The notes beneath the pieces are model-generated. The model made no database searches and was not told the DNA's origin. It saw only the letters and a program-made list of their open reading frames with translations. A stretch of 63,842 nucleotides of DNA, counting the filler, from Octopus bimaculoides (Eukaryota): assembly GCF_001194135.2 (NCBI RefSeq). It is 4 parts of 4 records of this genome, joined end to end, with 100 filler letters (N's around TTAATTAATTAA, not from the genome) between each part and the next. Parts side by side here need not be neighbours in the genome. Positions count along the whole stretch, not along the records: positions 1 to 28,494 come from NC_068981.1; 3 more parts are not named here. One strand, given 5' to 3'. Of this stretch, positions 12,331-27,500 are shown piece by piece. The translations under genes were made by a program, and so were the position numbers. Each line of letters opens with the position of its first letter. Within the stretch, counting starts at the first letter, position 1.

Positions 12331-15300
12331 ATATGGAGGCATTGCCTTAGCATCCTCAGGATATTCAGAACTGACCTAATGAGTAACTTCCCTAGCCAAA
12401 GCTTGACAGATAAATAACTATTGTACAGAAACAAATTAGTTGAAGCCTAATAAATTTCATATAACACGCCTAACTTGGCACGGGATAGCGTCCAGAGAAA
12501 TCTCTCTGCACGACATCGAGTATTAAGAAAAACCGAACATCAGAGACCAGGCGCAAAGTTCTATTTAGATTCAGTGAATGGCATATGTCGATATATCGCT
12601 GTTATTGTAGTTTATCAATACTATGTGTTCGTATGATCTCGAAACGAACAGATTTGCTGGTCTATGATGTATTTGGAATTAGGCTGAAGACTATTTACTG
12701 ATATACTGCAGCGTAGCACGCATGAAAGAAAATAAATCAAGAATTAAAGGCAACTGTAATAATAGAGAATTATCGGTATCTGCAATTCTGGGCATCCGTG
12801 GTGAGTTGCATCGCCTGGTCGGTGAAATTCGCCGTCGTCTAAGTATCTCTCTTCACCAAATTTTGCGTATAAACGAAATATGTACACGATATATTAGCGA
12901 CTGAAAATGCACGCACACACACGTACACACACGCGCACACACACTACATGTACACATGTACACACGCACATATACACTAACGCATATTAGAAGAGATAGA
13001 GAGATAGACAGATCTTTGGGGCTTCCAGCAATGTACTTCTCTACTTTTCGACATCACAATATAAACGCTCTGTTGAAACAATGCCTTCTTTTATATATAT
13101 ATATATATATATATNNNNNNNNNNTGACTTAATGACTAACCTCCGTAGTCAAAGTTTCATAAATAAAAAGAGATAATAAATAAATAAACTATTGTACAGA
13201 AACAAATTCTTTGAAGCATCACAAATTTCATCTAACATTAAGATTTTACTGACCGGGAAGTATTTGAGATTCATTATATTTACATTTTATTTGAACGGCA
13301 GAAAGTGTAAAAATCTTACCTATTTCTAAATGAGTAATATCATTATCTTCGTATCATTTCCCATTTAATAATTTCACTGGGAAGAGCTAGCTTCGTAGAT
13401 GAGAAATAACATCAAAGCAATCATAGTCAAAATGCTGTTCTAAATTCCTCATACTATTTATATTGTTATGTCTGCTAGTATACTAATACTTGTTTTAATA
13501 GCATTGGATATAATTGCTGGTAAAATAACTTATAACTGGTCAGATAATATTCTCATGATGTAAAATAAAGTATTGGCACATACTAATCTGTTTCCAGAAA
13601 TATATATATATGACAACACTCCAGGATAATTTACTAACACTTTCATAATCACTAGTGAATTTGTTCAAATTCGAAATAGTATAATAAACCCAGTATTAAT
13701 CCGGCCAATTCATACATTGATTTATTTCTCATGGTTCCCCGGGATTTCTCTAGAAAAGGGATAGCCGGCACTCAGTTCCACGAAGCGGAACAGATCATGT
13801 TTATTGTAATACGTTGTTTAATATAATAAGTTTAACTTCTTGAAACAAACAATTAATATATGCATGCACTATAGAAATATTTATATAACCATGAATAAAC
13901 AAAATATAAAATGTGTGTACTGTGTAGTATATATTAAATATATATTGAATTACATATGACAATATTGCAATAACATATGTGGTAAGAGATTTCAGACACA
14001 AAAGATACATAAATATATATATATATGTATATAATGAGTAAAGTAAAACGGAATATGTTTGACTTATTTCTCCATTTCTAGGTCTCAGGAAAGTAAATCC
14101 GAGTTAAGTTTTATTTCAATCGCAAGATGAATATATGCCAAACACCATATAATGTAATTCGCATTGGCTTAAGAGCAAATCAAATTTTAATTCTCTCATA
14201 ATTTATTGGCTATTGGTTAGCTATTACATAATCAATATTTACTACATCATTTATTTTCTGCTTATGTTGATTCAATGGAAATATAAATTTCCTAGCATAT
14301 TTATCTTCACTGAAAAATAAAAAAAAAGAAAGAAAGAAAACGAAGAGATCAGAAGCGAAACGCTTAAACAAACAATGCCACATCGGTCCCATTTAAGTAA
14401 GGACTACTGATTTTTACAATATATCAGGTACATTATAATTAGTTTAGGATATTGTATTTAGGAAACAATAGCAATATATTTGGAAAGAGTCGATGAATAG
14501 TCGTGAATGACTGAAATTTCATTATGAGCAGATATCCTTATATAGCGAGATATATAATACGGTAATCACTCAATTAGTGATGTCATAGTCATCAGTTGCT
14601 TACTTAACGTCCGGATCGGATCATTACGTGATCAATGCTATTATTTTAGGGTCTATGAATATTCATATTCTATCAAGTGTAACGTTGGAAATCATAAAAT
14701 TAATTGTTTGCATGCTTGAACAGCAAGTGATATGGGAACAAAAGAAGAAAAAAAAAAGAAATCAGAGCCGTGTGATTATAACAGTAGCGTCCTCCTCACT
14801 CCCACTATCTTTCTATCCTTTAATTTCTGTATTTTTCTGTTTCATACTTTACCTGATTCACGCTGCGCCAACCATATCCATAACCTCTAAATTTATATAA
14901 ATTTTCTCCATTGATATTTCTACATTATACTACCATATACTTCATTTTGGTTTGCCGGTTCTTCTGTATGACTATGCGTTTCACTGAAGGTTCGTTTTCT
15001 ACGATCAGGCCTTTTACTCATTCATTTATAATCTCTCCACTATTCTCTATTGTAGTATCTATCTGTATTTTTCCCTCCTGAATCTGTCTCATTGTTACTA
15101 ATGATTTCTTACTCTTACTGTATTTTAAAGAAATACTTCCCTCATTTTCCGCTCCCTCTTCCTCTCATCCTCTATCTTCGTTTTTCCTTCTCGCTCTCAC
15201 ATACAAAATCTGTTTTATCTATCTCTATATTTATCCCAGTTCGTATGTACATCCGTTATTTTAAGGTACAATATTTATCTTTCGTTTTCTTCTGTGACAG

Positions 15301-15367
15301 CATTATCTGTAATTTTTACATATTTTCTCTTCCCCTCTCTGTCTCTTTCTTACTTTCTTTCTTTCCT

Positions 15368-15406
<39 letters not shown>

Positions 15407-16107
15407 CTCTTTCTCTATCTCTATCACAATTTATTTACTTCTTTTTCCCACTCCACTCTTCCTGCAGCACTTTCGTCTGCATGACAATACTTATATTATC
15501 TCCACTTTGGTTGTAAAGATATATAATTTTTAGTCAATATTTCTCATTTCGTCATACACAAACACACCCATCACATGTACAGACGCACGCTTACATGCAC
15601 CAGAGACACACACTCATAGACAGACACAAACATGCACCCTCTTTCCTTGACAAGCAGATGCACAGGCATATATTATCTTTCCGTCCAGCTCTGTCTGAAT
15701 TTCTCTCCCCTATTTCCGATGATAGTTGATGTATGCTTAGCCACGATTGCAGTTAGCCACCACTTTCAATGGCGTCAATCTTCACAATTATATTTATCTC
15801 TAAGTGATTTTTTATTTATTCCTCTCTTTCTTCTCTACAATACTCATGGAGTTCTCGTGACTTATTGATTTATAAAATGGCCCACTTGGCATCGGATACA
15901 TTATTTTAATATTTCCTGAACTTTGGCTTGACGATAAACTGAAGACATGATTAATAAAGACGATATGCAACAACTATGAACTGCAATGTCATTTGTACAT
16001 GAATATATATGCATGTATATACACACACGCGCGCAATATACATATACGTATACATTATATACATGTATGCATGAATATATAATTATGTGTATATATACCT
16101 ATACGTA

Positions 16108-16154
<47 letters not shown>

Positions 16155-16678
16155 TCATGAGGGTGTGAGTAATTGCTTATACATTCGGAAGAAACAGAGC
16201 ACACTAAATTCTGCAGATAACATGCATTATTTTACAACCGACAAAACGTTACGTCAACGAAGTAAAGACCGACCGAATGTTGCGTTACTCGGTATCGGCC
16301 TTTATCGAACAGCAGTGCGTTCTGCTTGAAACTTTCGGCTTTTGACTCACTCGTATATTTCTGAGCTAAGATGATGAAATGCTGGAAACACACACAAACG
16401 CACACACACTGGCTGCCGCACACACATACATACACATTTAGTATCTATGTGTGTGTATGTAAAGGATATATATTTACATATATATGCGTGTTTGTCTGAC
16501 TGTATGTATGTATGCCATCTGATTGTTTAAAGTCGTATATGTAGATGTAAAGCGAACAACATTGGGATAGAATGTGCATGCCCCTATGTTTGGGTGTGTG
16601 ATTGTTGGTGAGCGAGCGAGCGTGAGAGAGACTGAGAGGGGAGACATAGAAAAGAGTGAGAGAGTGTGTGTGTGTAAT

Positions 16679-16710
<32 letters not shown>

Positions 16711-18486
16711 TGAGAGAGAGAGAGCGAGAGAGAGTGAGAGAGAGATTGCGAGATAGAGAGTGAGATAGAAGAATTTAAATTGGATATATGTATCAAGTCT
16801 GAATTTTAATTGAAATAGAAGGTCTTTAACACTAACACGAACGAAAGTATATAATAACGACGGCTTTCGCTAGAGCCTTCGAGATTAACGAGCAGTAAGA
16901 GTGGAATCATATTCAGATATGTTTTACGGATCGAATGCAATGAAACACAGATTTCCGCTAAAGTTACCGTAAATATGGTTACTGTGGTCAAAGTGAGTAC
17001 TTATTAACTATACCTAATAGTATAGGTATTATACAATGAATATATTACAATTTCTAATGAAGGAATCAGTAGTTCAGAATAGTTTAGGTAAATATTGGAT
17101 TCAGTTTACATATATTCTTGCCTGCATTCTTTCTTAACAAAATAATGACAATGTACAAATGATAAGTATGAATACAATTGTTTTGATATTATTAATAGAG
17201 GAAAATGAAAGACATAGGTGACAATGGGAGCCTGAATAGATACATTTTTGTTATAACTCTGAATGTTCTATATTTCATTTACGAATTTCCGTTAGATTTA
17301 AAAATTGCTTTTTGTCCAATATACGTCGAGAAAATTGATATAATTTCTGTTCATAAATCGAGGGAATAATCTATATTTATATTATTTACAATAAAATAAT
17401 GCTTTCTTTTATATCTTCAAACAAAGTAGAATACTTTGAAGAGTATATATGAGTTCTATATTACCTACTTGTACTGATATTACCAGCCGTGTAGCAATGA
17501 TGAACACACTGAAGACTACATAGAATTGATTTGGGGAAAGAAAAGGACAAAATATATTGCATTGAAGAATTAGGAAGTGATAACTGTGTCTCTTCGAAAT
17601 TATAACACTTCTATATATTTACGGATAACATATTCTACATTGAATAGAAAAACATCCAAATTACTAATATTTACAGGAGCACCCGTGTTATCCCAAACAT
17701 CATGTGTGGACAAAGATAGGAATTCGGTATTATGAAAGAGTAATTCAGCATGATGCATTCTTTTTTGTGGAATTTGCAGTGCTCAAACTGGTTGTTACAA
17801 AGAGAAAGAAAACAAGGGGAGGAAAGACACAGAGAGAGAGAGAGAGAGAGTAATAGAAGTGAGATAACGGGTTGGGGTAAGGGGTAAGAAAGAGAGAGAG
17901 AGAGATACGGATAGAGAGTGGATGAAGAAGTGTGATATATCGTGGCAGAACATGGTAATATAGAACAGGAAATTACGTGGAACGTGGCAGAATAGAGTGC
18001 AAAGAGGTGGCAGAAAAGAAATAAGGCGTATCAAAGATTAATGGGTCAAGGAAAAGAAACTCGGCAAGGAGCGAAAAGAGATACCAGGCTACGAAAGAAA
18101 TATGTAGCCTGAATGACGTTATCTACAAGTATATAGATAAATAAATAAATTTATGCAAATATATATACACATGCATACGTACAACAATGCATACATATAT
18201 ATATATATATATANNNNNNNNNNNNNNNNNNNNNNNNNNNNNNNNNNNNNNNNNNNNNNNNNNNNNNNNNNNNNNNNNNNNNNNNNNNNNNNNNNNNNNN
18301 NNNNNNNNNNNNNNNNNNNNNNNNNNNNNNNNNNNNNNNNNNNNNNNNNNNNNNNNNNNNNNNNNNNNNNNNNNNNNNNNNNNNNNNNNNNNNNNNNNNN
18401 NNNNNNNNNNNNNNNNNNNNNNNNNNNNNNNNNNNNNNNNNNNNNNNNNNNNNNNNNNNNNNNNNNNNNNNNNNNNNTATATATAT

Positions 18487-18521
<35 letters not shown>

Positions 18522-20029
18522 TACATACGCATGTATGTGTGTATAATGTACAGAGGGGGAGAAAAAGAGAGATAGGCAGACATAGTGACAGAGAGGAAGA
18601 AGATGGAATGCATATATAGATACAATATAAAGACGACATTCGCATAGTACTCATATGCATTCACATACCAATACACCTTCCTCCAAATATTTAAATGAAA
18701 AGCCTAACATTTCAGATGGAAACAAAAATAAAACAAGTAAAAACCTAAATGGACTAAAATGCAATTAATGAATCTCTTGAGAAAAAGCTAGAATGCGAAG
18801 TGAAGGAAAATATAATGGCAGTCTCAATCACTATTATTATAATCACAGAGACCCATAGGAAAATAGAGAACAATGATATATTACGGTGTCTTGAAAGCCG
18901 ATGTATTAAGACTGGAATAACTTTGCACGAAAAAGCTTGGCTCAGTCGCTTGAGGTACGAATTATTTGTTAACTTTGGTTGTGACATAACATATATCTAA
19001 ATAATGTATACCACTTAGAACCAGGGTTATTAGGAATTCTGCAGCATGTATTTCGTTTTATTCTTAATCATTTTATTTTCTTTGTTTTATTTGGATGGTT
19101 GCGAAAATAGAATACTGGCTTAAAGGAAATTAACGCAATCTTCAGCAAGAAACCTCGTTGTACTTCGTGCAAAACAAACATTATATGGTTGTAGATAGCT
19201 TTGTGTACAATTCACATATTTAGTATAGGTTTCGAAAAGAGCGATAGAGAGATGTGATAGGTTCACAGGGAAAAGAATCCAACACACACACACGCACATA
19301 CAAATATGCTAACGCATAGAGATACAGCTGTAATTTCGTAGCAGTATAAAATAAAGTATAAGAAGAGTAAAATAATGTATATATTTATATGAATTGAATC
19401 TTTATTTAACTGATCATCTCAGGCACTAACCCTTCCTAGCTGCTCATGGGTGTCATAATGTTTCCGTGAAAAAAACAGTTAGCGTATATAATTTCTCGTA
19501 TGCTTTCAAGACTACAGACGGCACGGCATATGTTTTTATGTGATTCAATCGAATCTCGTAAACTTCTAAAATTTATTGTAGCGAATCCGTAAAGTTAAAT
19601 GTCGTGGAACATAGTGGGATGAAACAAAATACTATAAGTTATCATCCGTCTATCAATCCGTTCACTCTATGCACCATGCTTATTTAAAGTTTATTTTAAG
19701 TGTATAACTTTAATGATGTTCCATGCAAATAGCATATTGACATATTATTTTTACGACAGTAAACTAAATGTCCACACACTAAATAAAATTTAACGTTTTC
19801 ATATATTTGATGACTCAAAACTATTTCAAATTACATACAACTTGAAAGGTACATGCAAAATTATTTGTGAATGAAATATTTAAAACTCATTATTTATTGC
19901 ATTTTAGGCCATTGAGAACCTTAAAATAAGTAATTGTAAATTAGTCAATTGAATCAATTACGTAGCCTTCCAAAATTAGTGGCTTTGTGCCCAGTTTCAA
20001 ACTATTAGTATCATTAGCAGAAAGATCGT

Positions 20030-20620
20030 AAGCTGAAAGACTTGTAACCCAGCCTAAAAAATAAAAATGCTTAACGACATTACTTCCGACATTACGGCGT
20101 TCCATTCTAGTTAAAATGTCATCGAGGTCGACTTTGCTTTTCATCCTTCAGAGGTATATAAAGTAAGTACCAGTTGGACATAGAGGTTGATGTAATCAAC
20201 ATATTCCTTCTAAATTGCTGACGTTCTGCCAAAATTTCAAACTAATATTACTAACAGTTCTATTCAGACGGCAAGCCGGCAGAATCGTTAGCACGCCGGA
20301 AAAAGTAATTGGTAGCAATTGTGCAGTATTTACGTTCCGAGGTCAAATTCCACCAAGGTCAACCTTGCCTTTCATCATTTCGGGGTCGATGAAATTAATA
20401 CCAGTCGAACACTGGCGTCGATTTAATCGACTCGCCCATTGATACAACATATTAAGCTCTGTTCCCTATTGCAGAGCAAATTATTTTCAGAAATATTTAT
20501 TACTTACATTTTTTTCTTTATCACGTGTTGAAATCCAACTGGGGTCAACCTTGTCATTCATGTTATTGAGGTCAATGTAATAGCATACATATCAAACATA
20601 GATGTCGATTGAGTTGACTA
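20030..20620 (+). mobile_element. Three head-to-tail SINE copies
   Basis: The core gaggtcgactttgc/ggtcaaccttgc...ttcat recurs at about 20125, 20357 and 20543. The middle copy has the head ggcagaatcgttagcacgccgg. Confidence 0.6.
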
Positions 20621-23600
20621 AGGTCACTCCGAAAATGATTTTGCTTATGTCTATTCTAAAAACCAATGGCAATAAGAATTTCTAAAAGCATGACAGGGTA
20701 TGGTGACCGCTATGCATATTAAACTGACATAAAGGGACGTAACTGCATATTTTCAGTACTGACAATGTTCCCATTACGCTCATATTCAAAAATGTTTATT
20801 GATTGAATGCATTGCCATTATAGTACTGGTAGGTGTCATGTCTTTGACTTCTATGAAATCGATTAGAAAACGACTTGGTGCGGGAGCAACCAAACCAAAT
20901 CGTAGTTCCAATGGTCTTTGAAAATGGACGGGCATATTGATCAATATTGCCTTAGATATGCATCACCGGATATGAATGTGGCGGGCATATACGTCTTGTG
21001 GGAGGACGCATGCGATTTTGACAAGGATAAAGGTGCAAGGAGGAGTAGGGGAAAAGGAGGTAGGTGTTAAATGGCGTGACTTTTTGACTTTATACATTCT
21101 AAGATACGTGGTGCAAAGGATTTTGTGCGGGTGCTGGTATGTGTGGTGAGGAGAGGAGTGTCTGTGTGCGTGTGCATTTCTGTGTGTATGTATATGGAGT
21201 AGGGGCATACTGAGGTCTGTGGACTGCGTACTGAGTAGTGTAGAAAGGGTAGATAAAGTAGAGAAAGGAGATAGGATAGAGGCAGGTGTACATGTCCGTC
21301 GTGGTGGGTTTAGATGAAAAGAGCTGACGAATTGAGATCAAAAGGGATTAAAGAATCAAGAGAGAAAACATACATCTGCTCTAAATGGAGAGAGGATTAT
21401 GGGTGGCTACTGTGTAGTCCACACTGCTGAATGATATGAGCGGTCCAACGGCAGTGGTAGGAGAAAGGAATATCGTTGCCAATCTTACTTTCCGGTGATG
21501 CTTGGCACACTGGTCAGATAAATACGGATCAGTTTGGTCACGGAATAACAAAGAGAGCGGATGCACGGCCAATTGATCGAGTAAAGGTGGTTTGGATAAC
21601 ACTGGATGAATACTCGTTGGGCGAAGTGGCATGCTTTGAATGGAAGCTGGAAGTCATGGTTGCGACAACACAAAGTCAACGGAGACGGAAGAAATGAGAA
21701 TAAGGGATGGCATGTTTGATATACGTAGGGACAAGGAGATGTTGAGTTAGGTGTATGAGTGTGTGGGTTGTAGTGAATGGAAGTGGAAAGAGAGGGATAG
21801 GGGATGGAAACAAAAACGTAGTGAAAGTTGACAGAGGTACTGCAGACAGAACAGGAAATTTAGATAGAGAGAGATGGAAGGCCTGAAGGAAAGACAGGAA
21901 GGAGTCGAGATGTACGCGGTAGTGTGAAGTACATTCTCTCTCCCATGTCTACTCCCAGAACCTGATGGTAAAATTCACACGCGAATGAAAATCAATTTCG
22001 ATAGAGAACAAGTTCAGCCAAAAGGAGAATGGTCGATAATTATGTCCGTGTGTCTGAATGAACATGTTTATATACGTACTCCTGCATGTATGTACGTATG
22101 TTTAAATTGTTTTTCTTTAATTTCATTCTATATTTTCTTAATAGTTCTTATTGCTTATTTAACATAGAACCGTAAGTACCTTTAGTGCATTAAAGTTTAT
22201 AGACTTGCTCTGCATTTCTAGAATGCAGTTGATGACTGGCAGATTTGTTACTGCCTTTTATTCATTTTTTCTTGAGTGGCTGTTGCAAGTGATTTAATGA
22301 CAAAAACCAATTACCGCTCGCTTAAGTACCTTACCATAGAGTTAATCGTAACTCTTATATAAATCTAACAGTATTGAATTACAAAGATTTTCGTATAATC
22401 CTTGTTCAGTAATATAATTGTTAACACTGCGAAAAGCTAATATAAGATTCATTGAGAAAATAAAAAGAAGACGCTATAGAAATTGAAATGAACGTGGAAA
22501 AGATATTAGTCCAGGCTGAGTATAAACGAATGCCCATATAAATTTTGAAGTAATAGTAGATCCATCACTAAGTACGAACTTTTATCCAGCCTACAGCCTA
22601 TTTACGAAACAGGGGATATCTTAATAACTGTTTTCCTCTATGAGTACTACTTAATTTTGAATAAGCATGCCGTTACTAATAGATTCATCTAATTATACTA
22701 CTCAAGAAAACAGAAATTTCGAAACTTATTGTCCGTTACTGATATGCTTCTACACTCTTCAGCGCTATGATTCCATACGAAAGACGTACACACACGTACA
22801 CACACACATACACACACGCATTCGCTTGTACCTGCTAAATACTAAGCATTCATATATGAGTGCTATTATAAAACAGAGACTCTGCATAAAATAGAAATGT
22901 TAACCTCAAACTATTTTCAAATAAAATATTTGTATCGTTTCTGCTTAAACGGGAGAGCATTTTTCATAGATATTGAAAACCCCCGCATCGGTGACGACAT
23001 CTTTCCCTTGTATACACATATAAATCATTATATAGTGTAATTATTAGACTTATCTTAAATGTTGTTTATTCCACCTTCCCGAAATGGTACTTCTTATTCT
23101 CTAAATTTTTGTCGAACGTTTGTCTTTTTTATTCTCTGAATGTCTCCTGCTTCAAGTAACATGCGCAGACTCTCACTTCAAACATGTTATAATGATTACT
23201 TAATATATACTATTTAATGTTTACGTAGATGAGCCTAACCGAGCTTCGTACATTTTTTTTAAAGAGATTCCTCCTAAGCTGCCAGAGGTACTGTCAGGGA
23301 ATCACAACACATTGCAGTTTTGATCAACGGTTGCAATGTAAACAAATTTCCGCACACCTCTTTCGATTTGATACTAATATGAATTGCATTCATGTATTCA
23401 TGTACACGTGTTGTCATATATTTATGAACGTACAATACTCATTCACCACATATATGTATGTATATATAAATGTACCAGTGTGTGTATATATGACTCGTCT
23501 ACGTATATATTTGTGATTTGGTATGGTAGCCTAAATGTGAATTTACGTATGAAGTTTTGACTGCTCATTTATCTCGAAATCATTTTACGAGCTTAGCCTA

Positions 23601-23678
23601 ATGCTATTTCCTGCTCAAGCAGCTGAGTCATTGCCTGGGATTGCTACAAAAAACACGTGCTTTCGTGAGGGTGTCCAT

Positions 23679-23740
23679 ATGGGTGCAATGCCAAAGGAAT
23701 AAATAACAAATGGGTGCAATGCCAAAGGAATAAATAACAA
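23679..23740. repeat. Perfect 31-bp tandem duplication
   Basis: atgggtgcaatgccaaaggaataaataacaa occurs twice (23679-23709 and 23710-23740). Confidence 0.95.
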
Positions 23741-23914
23741 ATAATTATTTGCAAAATGAACTGCACATGAATTAATCGTTGAGTTTCATCTTCGCTAATA
23801 TTCAGAAAGCTAACAGAATAATTGTAACCATGCTATATATCATGTATATGTATTATATTATATTACATAATTATATTACATATTTATATTACATAATTAT
23901 ATTATGTTATATTT

Positions 23915-24090
23915 AGGCGGTGAGCTACCCGATCGATATATGGTTAGGGCATTTCATTGAGCATTAGGTTCGAAGGTCAAATCTCGCCAAGGGACCATTT
24001 GAGCTTTCGTACTTTCCATTAAATAAGTACTTGTTGAACATTTTGATCCGATACCGCAAAACTTCAGGTCTTGTGCATCAACAAGAAAGG
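23915..24090 (+). mobile_element. SINE copy
   Basis: Head aggcggtgagct, B-box-like ggttcgaagg/ggtcaaatc and tail caggtcttgtgc, similar to the 20 kb copies. Confidence 0.5.
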
Positions 24091-24155
24091 GTTATATATA
24101 TATATATNNNNNNNNNNNNNNNNNNNNNNNNNNNNNNNNNNNNNNNNNNNNNNNN

Positions 24156-24242
<87 letters not shown>

Positions 24243-24526
24243 GTAATGTATGGACAAAGATTTTTAAACGATATATAATATGTCTGATAATATATATAGA
24301 AAATACGTATCATGATAGTTATAGTGTTTTCTGGTTTCATTAGGTTCTTCAGATTTAACTTTGTCCAAATGTGCGTTGATTGTCGTGCAAGTCATTTAAA
24401 TAGATGCCTTGACAATCGTTTGTTGATTTTTTCTAGTTTTTCTTATCTCTGATTTGTTTTCTCGAAACCATAAATTGCATTTATAATATCTCTGCAGCAA
24501 TTTCATCTCTTTTTCTCTCTTTCTTG

Positions 24527-24576
<50 letters not shown>

Positions 24577-27500
24577 CACACACACACACACACTTTCTTT
24601 TTCCGTCTATCACTATTTCTCTCTTTCTCTCCCCCTGTCTCTCTGTTTTGTCTCTGTGTGTCTGTCTGTCTGTTTCTCTTGTATTCGATTTATAAAAGAA
24701 GGGAAAATTTAAAAAAAGTAATATTTCATTAGAAAATATCAAACGATATGCCCTGAATGTCCGTCTGCTTTTCCGTGTTGATAGATCCTATTTTTTAGAA
24801 CGTTAATAGCCATTTTATAACTTTCCGGATAATTACCGACTTTATTTAAGCTACATCCTTCAGATCAGGATTTTGGTTGATGGACATTTTCTTTATGAAT
24901 GAGAGGATTGCATAGTAGTTAGCAGAAATAGCATTACACTGTAACCGTAATGAAACGCCCCAAAAATGTAAATGGCTCTAAAAAGGAAAGGCTATTGAAA
25001 AGTGCATGAAGGAAGAGAAAATTAATGGAGACAGAAATGACAGAAACGGGATAATAATGGAGCAAAATTTACGCGCTGACAAGTAGGGTGAGCTTCCGTG
25101 TGCACTCTTCTTTACTAATCGCTTGAAAAATTGCAAAAACAATATATGGTCGAATATTCACCAAATTTTAACAAATGGAAATGAAAAGAGTTACTCAACG
25201 TTCCTAATGAAACTTAGTTTTAACGTATTTTTTTTATTACTATCTATTGTAGCCATCAAAATTTGTGTGACATTGGGACAAAAAGCATGCCTATGTAGTT
25301 ACGGTCCTTTTACAGTGTGAGCTGAGCTCGAACCCTGCTCATATTTGCCTTTCATCTTTCTGGGATCATTAAAATAAAGTACCAATTTAATCCTAATCGA
25401 TCTGTACAAATATTCTCGAATACATGGCCTTATAGCAATATTAACAATCAATATTTGAGAGACGTTACTATCTAATTCGAAGACAGTATTTATCTATTAT
25501 ACATGAAATATTAATAGCATCTTTGTTGCTTTTAAGTTCTAGTGTATTTGATGTAATTTTCTGCAATAACCTGCAGGTTACAAAGCCAACTTAATCCCTC
25601 TCCGCTAATTATGATAAACCAGGAATATTCCATGTTTTGTGAAAAAAACAATGTAATTGCTGAAAGATCGATAAAAATAGCGATCAAAGAAGTAAGGGTT
25701 ACAAAATAAGTTTACCACAGACTTAAACTCGAAAAATCAAGAATGCTTTGAAACATATTCCACTGATAATTTGAAGCTATTCATAACTTTTCATAATTTG
25801 TTTCTTAAGCACTGAACATATTTCAAAGAAATACTAAAGGAATCCAAATGGATGATACTCTGTGGAGAAATGAATATATTTATAACTTAGGTTTGTTGCT
25901 GCAAATCTGGGAGGTAACAATGTTGACGAGAGGTGCCGAACTGGGTGGGTTAGTGTACTGAATGGAATACGGACGCAACCATTCTTCTCTGGGCGGCGAA
26001 GGACACCGAATTAATAGTTATAGACTATACATAGAAAAAGACTGTACAAATGTGGTCAGAAAATAGTGTGTTTCTATTAGTATTTAATTATCGTAGCGTT
26101 TCACTAAGGTGACTCAGAGTGCAGCAGCGTCACCAATTAGAAGCAACACTCATAAGTACAATAATAGGTGTGTAAAAGAATTAATAACTCTTAATATTTC
26201 ACAGAAATTAAGATGGGGCAACTCGCAAAAAAATTTAAAGGCTAAGTCTGCTTTCGAATTGCGAATATTGTTGCTATACACGGAAGTATATAGTACCTAT
26301 AACATTATCTGGGCTTACTCTCATTAATTATATCTATTAGTTTCCAGGCAACTCCATTTTAAGTGAGATAGCTATAAATAAACTGGTGAAACTGTTATAA
26401 GTATAAAAAGACCATGTATATTTATAAAAGTGTAACAAATCGAAATGATAATAGAACGTATTGGAATGTTGCCCCTTAAGTATACTCTAGAATTTTTTTC
26501 TTTCTTCGCTTTGATTATGTTCATGCCAGATCGAAGTAGAAGAATGAAAGAATAACTTACTCTACATTCACATTGAGATAGACAATGCCATCACATTTAT
26601 TTCCGCTTACACTATTCGAGCTTCTGTTCAGTACTCTCATAATTAAATTTTAAAAAAAGCATTATAATTAAGCTTAATGGCACATTTCCGTGTTATTCGT
26701 CCACTGAAATGAACTTAGCAAGTTTTAATTACTATATGTTGCAATAATATTGTAGGAAGTCTTCGTTATTTTCTACATGCCTATTTTTTGCTTTGTGTAT
26801 ATCACTATACAGAATTTATGTATATTGAACTAGACGTCATTAAAACAGAGAAACATTTCTCAGTACAATAATATATATTACGGATATTGATTTAAATATA
26901 TATTACATAGAAACATATTCTCAAGTGAATATTGGCGACGATCTAATATCCCAGACCAAGAAATATGTGCAACGCATATATGAGATGTACAGTATCGTTG
27001 ATGCAGTATTGCTATACTAATTCAATGTAAGGTTAAAATATACTGATAGAATAATTGACATGTGTTCGGAGGAGGGATATACATTCGGCGAAGAAATATA
27101 GCAAGAACTTCAAGCCATGATCCCACCTACTAATCCGGGGTTTCCAATTACTAAGTCTGCATTCGAAAAGGATTGGTCATAATCCAACTACCTGTAGTAA
27201 GAGTAACATTTGATTTTGTTGATAGAAAATATATATTTTTAGTGACTGGAAATCATCGAACCCTGAAACTCCTAATATATTACCCAATACTATGCTTTGT
27301 GTCCATACAATGATCACTACACACATTGCGGAATTTCGACACAGCAATGTCAGTAGATACCACTGACGAACTGACCGCATCACTTTCAGTAAAAAAGAAT
27401 CACTCCTACCGGCCCATATTTCAAGCAGTGATGATAGTTAGGATGCTGCAAACCTGTGGAGCATTAGATCTGCTGTCACTGCGACATCGTTCCAACAGCA

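Noticed and set aside
13380-13600. Hydrophobic stretch IPHTIYIVMSASILILVLIALDIIAG that resembles a membrane-protein exon or NUMT
   Set aside because: It is flanked by stops, lacks splice sites in frame, and has no motif I can match to a mitochondrial or receptor protein.
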